64,000 nucleotides of DNA, taken from positions 468 through 64,467 of the forward strand of contig JAFTTY010000038.1 in assembly GCA_017466525.1 (NCBI GenBank), written 5' to 3'. Both the position numbers and the translations under genes were made by a program. Source of the stretch: Alphaproteobacteria bacterium. Lineage in GTDB: Bacteria; Pseudomonadota; Alphaproteobacteria; Rs-D84. Of the stretch, positions 46,462 through 55,434 are shown piece after piece; the stretch's first letter is position 1, and the number at the start of each line of letters is the position of its first letter. The notes under the pieces were generated by a model that saw only the letters and a list, made by a program, of their open reading frames with translations, did not search any database and was not told where the DNA came from.

Positions 46462-47559
46462 ATGAAAACATATAAATTCGCAATTTTGCCGTCTGCATTA
46501 TTGCTTTGCGGTACTGCACACGCATTTGCACCACACACATATGCAAATTCAATAACCGCCCACAATATTGCAGCATTACAACACTCAATCACCAGCACCG
46601 CCATACAATCATTTGACGGTTCAATATCATTGGCATTACCACACAGACAATACACATCTGGCGCACCAACAATTTCCAAAAACACATCCGACCAATATGG
46701 TCGCGCGCCAATGTACGGCACAATGTCAATTTACGGCGAATATAATGACGACAGTCGCGCCGGTCGAAATGGCGGCGACACAATCAACGCAGACGCCGCA
46801 CTAAACAGCATTTGGTTCAATTGGCAGCATCTGGGCGACGACATAAATTTTAACAATTTCGAAAACCTGGAATCAGACTTCAATACATTTACGATGGGTC
46901 TGGCTGGCGGTCGCGCAAAAATGGGCAACGGCATCTCAGAATGGGGAATTTATGTTGGCTATGCCGGTGGCGACCACGAAAACAACAATATCAAAATCAA
47001 CAGCCACGGCGGGTATTTTGGCGTCTATAACGGATTTGACTGGGACAGATTCAGCATTTCAACCACAATCAACGGCGGCGCATTCAGCAATTCTGCCGAC
47101 ACACTATTTGGCACAGACGACTATTCTAATTTCTGGGTTGGTGGCGCAATCAACGCAAAATACGACATAATACTGGACAGCCAGACCGCCCTGCGTCCAG
47201 AACTGCATGCCGGATACACCTGGATACAATCCGAAGATTACACATCTGCATCTGGCGCAATAATCGACAATGACGCATTCAGCATGTTCGAACTGACGCC
47301 TGGCCTGCGTCTGATACGTCATATCGGCGCCGACTGGTACGGATCACTAAACGCCAAATACGTTGTGTTTTTTGCAAACGGTGGCGACATGGTCGTAAAT
47401 AACATAAAAGCACCAGAATTAAACGAAACAAACTTTTTCGAATACAGCATAACCATCGAAAAATCCGTATACAACCTGAATATATCTGGCAATATCGGAC
47501 GACACGAAGGCCCACGCGATGGCTGGATTGGCGGGTTAAATATCAAATATATATTTTAA
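46462..47559 (+). CDS. Outer-membrane autotransporter-type beta-barrel protein with a very short passenger
   Basis: Signal MKTYKFAILPSALLLCGTAHA. Alternating beta-strand pattern and a terminal ...GGLNIKYIF (C-terminal Phe). Resembles the autotransporter beta domain. Confidence 0.65.
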   Translation: MKTYKFAILPSALLLCGTAHAFAPHTYANSITAHNIAALQHSITSTAIQSFDGSISLALPHRQYTSGAPTISKNTSDQYGRAPMYGTMSIYGEYNDDSRAGRNGGDTINADAALNSIWFNWQHLGDDINFNNFENLESDFNTFTMGLAGGRAKMGNGISEWGIYVGYAGGDHENNNIKINSHGGYFGVYNGFDWDRFSISTTINGGAFSNSADTLFGTDDYSNFWVGGAINAKYDIILDSQTALRPELHAGYTWIQSEDYTSASGAIIDNDAFSMFELTPGLRLIRHIGADWYGSLNAKYVVFFANGGDMVVNNIKAPELNETNFFEYSITIEKSVYNLNISGNIGRHEGPRDGWIGGLNIKYIF

Positions 47560-47564
47560 ACCAA

Positions 47565-47592
47565 CAAAAAATCCCCCATGCGGGGGATTTTT
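47565..47592. terminator. Bidirectional terminator (OMP / 47591 gene)
   Basis: ATCCCCC-atgc-GGGGGAT followed by TTTTT. Confidence 0.8.
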
Positions 47593-47881
47593 AACGTTGT
47601 TTTTGGATTTTAACAGGCAATTTTTTATTCACACCCAACACCCACCGCCAGGTATCCGCGATAATCTTGTCAAATCCACCCTTTTGCTCAAATTCTACAA
47701 TCCACGATTGAACGTCTGACTGATATCTTTCAAAACTCTCATACGACTGCCAACAATTACGCAAGGTGCTGCGCTGATATCGCAACCGCTTATCATACTC
47801 GGTATACTCAACGGGGGACTTTCCATCCAACACCTTTTCACACAGAGTATAAACCGCCTTGATTGTTGCCTTGCGACGCAC
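47591..47881 (-). CDS. Small Trp-rich hypothetical protein (96 aa) co-oriented with prfA
   Basis: Starts 4 nt after the prfA stop. No known motif. Confidence 0.45.
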   Translation of the reverse strand: MRRKATIKAVYTLCEKVLDGKSPVEYTEYDKRLRYQRSTLRNCWQSYESFERYQSDVQSWIVEFEQKGGFDKIIADTWRWVLGVNKKLPVKIQKQR

Positions 47882-47885
47882 AAGC

Positions 47886-48950
47886 CTACTCCATATTTGC
47901 CAGTTGTTCTAACTGATCCGCCGCAATCAGCGCATCAATCATTTCATCCAACCCAGCGCCACCAGCCAAAATATCATCCAACTTGTACAGGGTTAATTTG
48001 ATACGATGATCTGTTACACGTTGTTCTGGGAAATTATATGTGCGTATTTTTTCACTGCGGTCACCAGACCCAACCATAGATTTACGTGACGCGTTACTGG
48101 CGTTCATCTGTTCTTCACGCTGTTTTTCGTATAATTTAGAACGCAATACGGACATGGCCGCAATTTTATTTTGCAGCTGCGAACGCTCATTCTGACACGT
48201 CACAACAATCCCCGACGGAAAGTGAGTAATACGTATCGCACTGTCTGTTTTATTAACGTGCTGACCACCGGCACCAGACGCACGGAAAATATCGATACGA
48301 ATATCCTTATCTTCGATAACTACGTCTATTTCTTTTGCCTCTGGCATAACGGCGACAGATGCCGCACTGGTATGAATACGTCCGCCAGCCTCGGTCTCTG
48401 GGACGCGCTGAACACGATGAATACCTGATTCAAACTTCATACGACCATAGGCACCTGCCCCATCAATTTTGAATACAATTTCCTTGTACCCACGCAGCGA
48501 CGTCGCGTTTTCTTCTATAACTTCTACCTTCCACCCCTGACGCAACGCATAGGATTTATATTGATTATACAAATCACCCGCAAACAACGCGGATTCTTCA
48601 CCGCCAACACCGGCACGAATTTCCATAATAACACTGTTATCATCCGCATCATCACGTGGCAATAACGCGATTTGCAAATTCTTTTCAATTTCCGGCAATT
48701 TATGATTCAGTTCATGCAACTGCTCGTTCGCAATTTCACGCAACTCCGCATCATTTAGCATTTCTTGGGCATCATTAATACCGGCCACAGTTTGAAAGTA
48801 TTCATTAATCAACGGCAGAATTTCGTTCAGGCGCGAATATTCTTTGGACAACTTGGTCAATTCATCACCTGTTGCAGTCCCAGAATTCATTTGCGCTTCA
48901 ACCTCTGCTGCGCGACTTTGAATATCTTTTAATTTCTGTTCGATAATCAT
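47886..48950 (-). CDS. prfA: Peptide chain release factor 1
   Basis: GGQ motif (RASGAGGQHVNKTDSAIRITH) and PxT-type region (RVQRVPETE). Confidence 0.97.
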   Translation of the reverse strand: MIIEQKLKDIQSRAAEVEAQMNSGTATGDELTKLSKEYSRLNEILPLINEYFQTVAGINDAQEMLNDAELREIANEQLHELNHKLPEIEKNLQIALLPRDDADDNSVIMEIRAGVGGEESALFAGDLYNQYKSYALRQGWKVEVIEENATSLRGYKEIVFKIDGAGAYGRMKFESGIHRVQRVPETEAGGRIHTSAASVAVMPEAKEIDVVIEDKDIRIDIFRASGAGGQHVNKTDSAIRITHFPSGIVVTCQNERSQLQNKIAAMSVLRSKLYEKQREEQMNASNASRKSMVGSGDRSEKIRTYNFPEQRVTDHRIKLTLYKLDDILAGGAGLDEMIDALIAADQLEQLANME

Positions 48951-48955
48951 TTTTA

Positions 48956-50257
48956 TTATGCCCCCAACACTAATTTTATTGCATCTTTAATCGGCACAAC
49001 AACCTGATTACCAGACGTCATATCCTTCAATGCCACAACTTGATTTTCTTTCTCGGTTTCGCCAATTATTGCACTGTATTTAGTTTTTATTTTATCAGCG
49101 TATTCAATTTGATTTTTGAACTTTTTATTCGCGTCTAAATACGCAACTGACGCAACATTCGCATCACGAAACGCATTCAAAACAAACATCGCATACGATA
49201 AATTTTCATCACCCATACACAGCACCGCAACATCAACCGGCGATTCAAATTGCGACAAATCAATCGCCCCAGATTCCATTAATGCCACAAAGATGCGCGA
49301 AAAACCAATCGCCGCACCAACACCAATAATTTTGGTCTTGCTAAATTTTCCGGCCAAGTCTGCATAACGACCACCACCGGCCGCCGTCCCCAGTTCTGGA
49401 TAACGCAACAACTTAAACTCAAACACCAACCCAGTGTAATATGCCAAACCACGCGTAATCGACAGGTCTATTTCTGCATTTTTTACCCCGAACAATTCTA
49501 ACGTTTTCATAAAATCATTCAGTTCCGCGACCGCCAAATCCAACTTGTCAGATTTGTTTAAGAAATCAGAATACCCATTTGTAAACACAGACTTAATTTG
49601 ATTTTCTTTGCTGACATCATTCAATGTATCAGACAGACCTTCGGCAAAGTCATCATCGCCCATTTTATCTTTTTTATCGATTAAAACGAACACATCTTTT
49701 TTCTGCCCGTCTGTCATTTCCAAATAATCAAACAACGCATCCCAGAATGGGCGCGAACCGACACGAACCGCATTATCGCCAATAAATTCAGACACAGAAT
49801 TTAACGCACGTTGAATCACAGAAATAATTTCTTCATCGTAATTCGTACTTAACTAATTTACACCCATTATATCCATATCCATCTGATAAAATTCACGATA
49901 GCGACCACGTTGCGCACGTTCCCCGCGATAGCGTTTTGAAAATTGACTTGCACGAAATGGAAACACCAAATCATTCAGATGCCCTGCAACATAACGCGAC
50001 AATCCGACCGTCCCATCATATCGCAGCCCCATTTTGGTATCGCCCTTTTGAAACAAGAACATTTGCGTTTCGATTTCATCCCAGTTATCTTTATCTGTCA
50101 AAACCTCGGCCCGTTCAATAGCAGGCAAGTCCAACTGATTAAAGCCAGACGTTTTTAACACATTCAACATACGCGCCGCGCAAAAGTCAAAGCAACGTTG
50201 TTGTGCCGGTAATAATTCTATAAAACCCGATAACGGTTTTGTTGGTTTTAAATCCAT
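48956..50257 (-). pseudogene. hisS: Histidine--tRNA ligase interrupted by one in-frame TAG (49853-49855)
   Basis: ORFs 49853..50257 (N-terminal catalytic motifs 1-2, ...REFYQMDMDIMGVN*) and 48956..49819 (motif 3 GGGRYADL plus the anticodon-binding domain) are in the same frame. Only the TAG and 11 sense codons (LSTNYDEEIIS) separate them. Confidence 0.8.
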
Positions 50258-50614
50258 TTTTAATTCCCTATTTTATTTATGGAAAAACTTTATGCACATC
50301 GTGCACACATTATATCATACAAAAAGACAATACGCTAATATTCGCCCACGTGGGCGTGATGCAATTCGGCAAAAATAAACATTTTATTTTTCATCCCATT
50401 AATAATAGGACAAAAATATTTTTTTTCAAGCAAAAACAATAAAGAAACAGGAATGCGAAATCAATTTGCAAACGCAGAAAGAAAAGCATTCTTATTAACG
50501 CATTCCACAAACCGCCGCATTCCTGTCGAATGTAATCAGCATTATTTTCGTCTGATTACATAACACAATATACCAAACAGCCCCCATAATTGCCACAGGT
50601 ACCTATTCTTAAAA

Positions 50615-51322
50615 TTAAAACCACCGATGCAGTTCACCACCATGTTGCGACAACCAGCGTTTTGCACGTTCCACCCCAAAACCATACAAATCACGAACCT
50701 GCGCCCAAAATTCTGGCGAATGATCCATATGTTTTTTATGCGCCAATTCATGCATAACAACATAACGCATAACATCCAACGGCGCAAACGCCAATCGCCA
50801 TGAAAAAGACATGGTTCCAGATGTCGAACAACTGCCCCAGCGACTGGTGGTGTCACGAATTGCGATACGTGCCGGCCAAAATTCACGTGGCGTATTACGT
50901 ATCATCTGTTTAACCTGACACAAAAATTCTGCCTTAATAAAGTCGCGCACACGCCGTTCAAACATCGAAATATCACCACCGATTATCAACGCTTCGCCAT
51001 TTTCAGAATACTTGTTTGACCGAACAGACGCATCGTGACGCAATACTATCTGCCGACCTAAAAATTCAATAACATCACCCGGTTTTAACTTTATTTTTGC
51101 CGGACATTTTTGAAATGTACATTCAAGCCATTTTTGTTTTGATTCCAAGAACTTTAACGCATACGCCGTTGAAACCAACCATGGTTTTGATATATGAATT
51201 TCACGTCTGGGAGTCATCTTGGGACGCAATGTAATATTTCGCAAACCACGTCGCGTTGTAATTATAACCGGAATTTCTTCACCCGACGACAAAGTAAAAA
51301 CATAATCAGTCGCCATCTTCAA
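50615..51322 (-). CDS. YgjP-like (DUF45/M48-type) metal-dependent hydrolase
   Basis: HELAHKKHMDHSPEFW (HExxH...) and typical size. Confidence 0.8.
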   Translation of the reverse strand: MKMATDYVFTLSSGEEIPVIITTRRGLRNITLRPKMTPRREIHISKPWLVSTAYALKFLESKQKWLECTFQKCPAKIKLKPGDVIEFLGRQIVLRHDASVRSNKYSENGEALIIGGDISMFERRVRDFIKAEFLCQVKQMIRNTPREFWPARIAIRDTTSRWGSCSTSGTMSFSWRLAFAPLDVMRYVVMHELAHKKHMDHSPEFWAQVRDLYGFGVERAKRWLSQHGGELHRWF

Positions 51323-51962
51323 CCTTTTCTATTTCCTCTTTTAACAACTTACCAACTTCTCCAAACAAAACATTATCAAATTCATTTGCCTGTTCTATCG
51401 CATAATCCAACAACTCTATTTTTTCTGCTTTGCTTTTTTTACTTTGTGCCAGCTGCGAAAAAAGACATATATAAAAATCCTGATACTTCTTTTTTATTGC
51501 TTCTATTTCAAATAAATATCGGAAAGCCCCACGGGAATTATATTCTATACCACACTCTAAATCTATCAAACAAAGTTTAACGAATTTTCGCTTTGCCTCA
51601 TAAACAGGATGTCCTGTATTTTCAGGGTTTTGCGCTGCACACAATGTACTGTACCAACCCGCCAACCAATGATCCCACTCACTACGCGAAAAATCGACTT
51701 TACCCGTTTGTAACAACGTCTGCAAAATCTTTACCTGCTCTTCATTTCCCCAATCAGAATTTAATCTACGTTCAAAATCCTGGGTAATAATAAACGACGG
51801 AATATTGTCACCATAATACCCCAATGCAAAATCAACCTGACGCCATGTAATTGCATTTTTTAGTTCTTCTTTTATTGTTTGTTCTTTTGATTCAACGCCA
51901 CATACACAGACAGGCACAAACACCATCAACACACAAAACAAAAAACGATTGAACCAAATCAT
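51306..51962 (-). CDS. Secreted hypothetical protein (218 aa)
   Basis: Signal MIWFNRFLFCVLMVFVPVCVCG. Lies 1 nt after the tkt stop and overlaps the next gene by 17 nt. Confidence 0.5.
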   Translation of the reverse strand: MIWFNRFLFCVLMVFVPVCVCGVESKEQTIKEELKNAITWRQVDFALGYYGDNIPSFIITQDFERRLNSDWGNEEQVKILQTLLQTGKVDFSRSEWDHWLAGWYSTLCAAQNPENTGHPVYEAKRKFVKLCLIDLECGIEYNSRGAFRYLFEIEAIKKKYQDFYICLFSQLAQSKKSKAEKIELLDYAIEQANEFDNVLFGEVGKLLKEEIEKVEDGD

Positions 51963-51963
51963 A

Positions 51964-53745
51964 CTATTTAATTTTGCTTTTTATATCTGCAACGATTGCG
52001 TCTACATCAAAACCCATCCGCGCATAGACCGCGTCGCCTGAACCAGACACACCAAACCTGTCAATTCCAACAACTGCATCGGCAAATTCAAACCATGGTG
52101 CAGATGCCGCCGCCTCTATCGCAACGACAAAACCACGCAACATCTGTTGTTTATATTGCAAATCTTGCATACGAAAATCTGCAACAGATAGCACAGACAC
52201 CACCTGAACCGCATCGCCCAGTTTTTCTGCAACAGCAACCGCCAACGGAACCTCACTTCCCGTTGCCAACAATGTCACAGACACGCGCGACTTTGACGCA
52301 GACCGCACCACATATGCACCGCGCGACAAATCAGCACCCAACGGCGTTGCAACCAAACCAATCAATTGACGCGACAAAACAATACATGTCGGACGCGCTT
52401 TTTCTGTTAATGCACGTCGCCATGCGTACATAACCTCTACCCCATTACAAGGGCGAAAAACATTTAAATTTGGTACCAATCGCAACGACGGCAACTGTTC
52501 AATTGGCTGATGCGTTGGTCCATCTTCACCGACCGCAACACTATCATGCGTCAAAACATAAACAACCGGCAGCCCGGACAAGGCCGCAAGGCGAATACTG
52601 GGGCGCAGATAGTCACTAAACACCAAAAACGTCGAACCAAAAACACGCAACCCAGACAACGCCATACCATTCATAATCGCGCCCATCGCATGTTCACGCA
52701 CGCCATAGTTTATATAATTACCAGCAAAATCATCCGACGTTATATCATGCGTGGCACCACTTTTTACATTCGTACTGCCACCTAAATCTGCACTGCCACC
52801 AATAACACGAACACCCGCCTTAAAAAGTTCTTCTAAACAAAGTCCAGACAATTCACGTGTCGACATAGACTTTCCAACCTCTGGCATTACAATATTTGGA
52901 ATCACAACATCAAATTTGCGCACAACAGGTTCAACATGCCCAAGCGCCAATTTCTCCCACAACATGTCACCCGTTGGTGACAAATAACGCTGAATCAATT
53001 CCATTAATTCTGCATCTGACAACGAAAAACCATGTGCCTTGTGCGATCCAGCACGACTGGACCCGCGACCAATTTCCGTTTTACATTGAATAAAGACAGG
53101 GCTATCTGATTTTTGCGCCCGGTTCAACGCACGATTAATTTGTACAAAATCATCACCATTTACCGTTATTACACGCCAACCCGCCGCCACCATACGCCCA
53201 GGCACATCAACATCCGTCAACGCAGCACCATCGATACTGACCCCATTATCATCCCACAACAAAATCAGATTATTTAACTTATACCGACCTGCAAACGCGA
53301 TTGATTCTTGGGCGACGCCTTCCATTAAATCGCCATCAGAACATAAACAATAAACACGCGAATCGGTCTTGTTTATTTTTTCCGCCATTGCCATACCAAC
53401 AGCATTTCCAACCCCCTGTCCCAACGGCCCCGTGGTCGCATCAACGCCATCAATTCCATATTCAGGATGCCCAGGCAAACCATCAATTTTACGATAAGCA
53501 TTTAAATCGCCAATGTTATACCCAGATAATTTTAACACAGAATATAACAACGCACTGCCATGCCCAACAGACATTACGAATCGGTCACGACCACGACGCA
53601 AAAAATTTGCAAAGACAGCCGTCACAACATCTGCCGCCCCCAAGACAATGCCGACATGCCCACTGCGCGCAACACGCACCGCATGCAACGCCCATGCGCG
53701 CACAGCATTTGCCATTTCTTTTAAATCTTTGGAATTATATGTCAT
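51964..53745 (-). CDS. tkt: Transketolase
   Basis: SGHVGIVLG, GHG, TGPLGQGVGNAVGMA and DGDLMEG (TPP motif). ATG 53745 is used because the longer track start overlaps rnhA. Confidence 0.94.
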   Translation of the reverse strand: MTYNSKDLKEMANAVRAWALHAVRVARSGHVGIVLGAADVVTAVFANFLRRGRDRFVMSVGHGSALLYSVLKLSGYNIGDLNAYRKIDGLPGHPEYGIDGVDATTGPLGQGVGNAVGMAMAEKINKTDSRVYCLCSDGDLMEGVAQESIAFAGRYKLNNLILLWDDNGVSIDGAALTDVDVPGRMVAAGWRVITVNGDDFVQINRALNRAQKSDSPVFIQCKTEIGRGSSRAGSHKAHGFSLSDAELMELIQRYLSPTGDMLWEKLALGHVEPVVRKFDVVIPNIVMPEVGKSMSTRELSGLCLEELFKAGVRVIGGSADLGGSTNVKSGATHDITSDDFAGNYINYGVREHAMGAIMNGMALSGLRVFGSTFLVFSDYLRPSIRLAALSGLPVVYVLTHDSVAVGEDGPTHQPIEQLPSLRLVPNLNVFRPCNGVEVMYAWRRALTEKARPTCIVLSRQLIGLVATPLGADLSRGAYVVRSASKSRVSVTLLATGSEVPLAVAVAEKLGDAVQVVSVLSVADFRMQDLQYKQQMLRGFVVAIEAAASAPWFEFADAVVGIDRFGVSGSGDAVYARMGFDVDAIVADIKSKIK

Positions 53746-53780
53746 GTGTGATATTATATCATAAAAAGGACACATATAAA

Positions 53781-54209
53781 ATGTTAAAAATTTGGACAGA
53801 TGGCAGTTGTCTTGGCAACCCCGGACCGGGGGGATGGGGCTTTGTTGCAACAGACGGCAAAAACACCGCAGAACGCAGTGGTGGCGAACGCGACACAACC
53901 AACAATCGCATGGAATTAATGGCGGTAATCCGTGCATTAACCGCCGCACGCAAACACGACGAACTGGAAATACACACAGACAGCCAGTACGTCAAAAACG
54001 GCATGCAATCTTGGCTAAAACAATGGAAGAAAAACAACTGGCGTACATCAACAAAAAAACCGGTAAAGAATCAAGACCTGTGGCAACAACTTGATGAATT
54101 GGCATCTGCGAAAAAAATACATTGGTTTTGGGTACGCGGTCATAATGGCGACGAAATGAACGAACGGGTCGACACATTGGCGCGCACCGCCGCCGAAAGT
54201 TTAAAATAA
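53781..54209 (+). CDS. rnhA: Ribonuclease HI
   Basis: IWTDGSCLGNPGPGGWG...NNRMEL...HTDSQYV...W.WVRGHNGDEMNERVD. Confidence 0.95.
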   Translation: MLKIWTDGSCLGNPGPGGWGFVATDGKNTAERSGGERDTTNNRMELMAVIRALTAARKHDELEIHTDSQYVKNGMQSWLKQWKKNNWRTSTKKPVKNQDLWQQLDELASAKKIHWFWVRGHNGDEMNERVDTLARTAAESLK

Positions 54210-54233
54210 AAAACCGCCGTTTCGGCGGTTTTT
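54206..54233. terminator. Bidirectional terminator (rnhA / rlmE)
   Basis: ACCGCCG-ttt-CGGCGGT followed by TTTTT. Confidence 0.8.
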
Positions 54234-54235
54234 GT

Positions 54236-54895
54236 TTATCCACGAAATCCCATCGCAACGATGAACATTTCAACACTATCCTTGCGCGATGATGGTGGCT
54301 TTATATGATGAACGACGTCAAATTTTTCTTTGATTTGTTTCAACAAATCCTGGGTCGTACCGCCGGTAAACGATTTGCAAACGAATGTTCCGCCCGGCTT
54401 TAATGCGCGCAACGCAAAATCGAACGCATATTCCAACAACACCATTTGACGAATATGATCTGTCTTTTTATGTCCAACGGTATTTGGTGCCATATCAGAA
54501 ACAATTACATCTGCGGTACCATTGCCCATTTCATCTGGTGCCAAACCCAACTTTTCTTCCAACCAGCGCAACGCATCATCCGATGTAAAATCACCTTGAT
54601 ATGTTTCAACGCCAACGATTGGTGATATTTCCAGCAAATCCATCGCAAAAATCTTTGATTTCGGGTACATACGCGCAATATATTGCGACCATGACCCCGG
54701 CGCCGCCCCCAAATCAACAACAATCTGACCATTACGAAGAAACTTAAACTTTTCATTCATCTCAATCAGTTTATATGCGGCACGCGCACGATAGCCTTCT
54801 TTCTGGGCACGCGCAACATATGGATCTGCCGCCTGGCGTTGCAGCCATGCGACAGAAGATTTTTTACTGGCAATTTTTTTATTTGTTATTTTCAT
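54236..54895 (-). CDS. rlmE: 23S rRNA (uridine2552-2'-O)-methyltransferase RlmE/FtsJ
   Basis: SSVAWLQRQAADPYV..., YRARAAYKL and VVDLGAAPGSWSQY. Confidence 0.93.
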   Translation of the reverse strand: MKITNKKIASKKSSVAWLQRQAADPYVARAQKEGYRARAAYKLIEMNEKFKFLRNGQIVVDLGAAPGSWSQYIARMYPKSKIFAMDLLEISPIVGVETYQGDFTSDDALRWLEEKLGLAPDEMGNGTADVIVSDMAPNTVGHKKTDHIRQMVLLEYAFDFALRALKPGGTFVCKSFTGGTTQDLLKQIKEKFDVVHHIKPPSSRKDSVEMFIVAMGFRG

Positions 54896-54910
54896 ATCTT
54901 GTCATTTAAA

Positions 54911-55432
54911 TTATTTCGCACCTGGGAAGCCACCCTGTTGCATTTTTTGCATAACAGCCTCCATTCCGCCCATACGCTGAATCATGGCCATCTGCTGTTT
55001 CATTTTTGTGTATTGCTTAATAATATGTTCAACGTCACGCACAGTACAACCCGCTGTTTCAGCAATACGCGCTTTGGCGTTTGCAAAAACCTTTTCTGGT
55101 TCTGCGCGTTCTGCCGGCGTCATGGCTTCCAGTATCTTAATCTGGGCATCAACACTGCCATCTTTGATTTTTTCTTTCATTGCAGATACCGCGCCACTCA
55201 TCCCCGGCACCATTTTTAACAGACCGCTAAAATTGCTCATCTTTTTAATTTGTTTTAACTGTGCCAACATATCATTCATATCAAATTGACCAGACATCAT
55301 GCGCTGGGCCGTTTCTTTCATGCCACTGGGCATCTTATCCATACCCAAATCTTTCTCTGCCGCCTTAACATCAGCCTCTGTCACATTGTCTGCAATAACT
55401 TTTTTTTCTTTCTTTTTACCAAAGCCAAACAT
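54911..55432 (-). CDS. SRP54/Ffh M-domain-only protein (173 aa; no NG GTPase domain)
   Basis: GQFDMNDMLAQLKQIKKMSNFSGLLKMVPGMSG and EAMTPAERAEPEKV...ARIAETAGCTVRDVEHIIKQYTKMKQQM align with the Ffh M domain, and the tail is Met-rich. ATG 55432 follows AAGGAG and lies 2 nt after the uvrA stop, which leaves no room for an NG domain. Confidence 0.72.
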   Translation of the reverse strand: MFGFGKKKEKKVIADNVTEADVKAAEKDLGMDKMPSGMKETAQRMMSGQFDMNDMLAQLKQIKKMSNFSGLLKMVPGMSGAVSAMKEKIKDGSVDAQIKILEAMTPAERAEPEKVFANAKARIAETAGCTVRDVEHIIKQYTKMKQQMAMIQRMGGMEAVMQKMQQGGFPGAK

Positions 55433-55434
55433 TT

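Noticed and set aside
49853-49855. Genome-wide reassignment of TAG to a sense codon as the explanation for the hisS interruption
   Set aside because: TAG appears to terminate several well-delimited genes in this window at their expected ends: tolA 6483-6485, the secreted protein 11737-11739, gcrA 24405-24407, lpxA 32401-32403, fabG 46366-46368 and uvrA 55435-55437.
53301-53949. Long N-terminal extensions of the track ORFs for rnhA (from 53301) and tkt (to 53949)
   Set aside because: The extensions overlap each other on opposite strands and show no homology to RNase H or transketolase. Internal ATGs at 53781 and 53745 give canonical N-termini.
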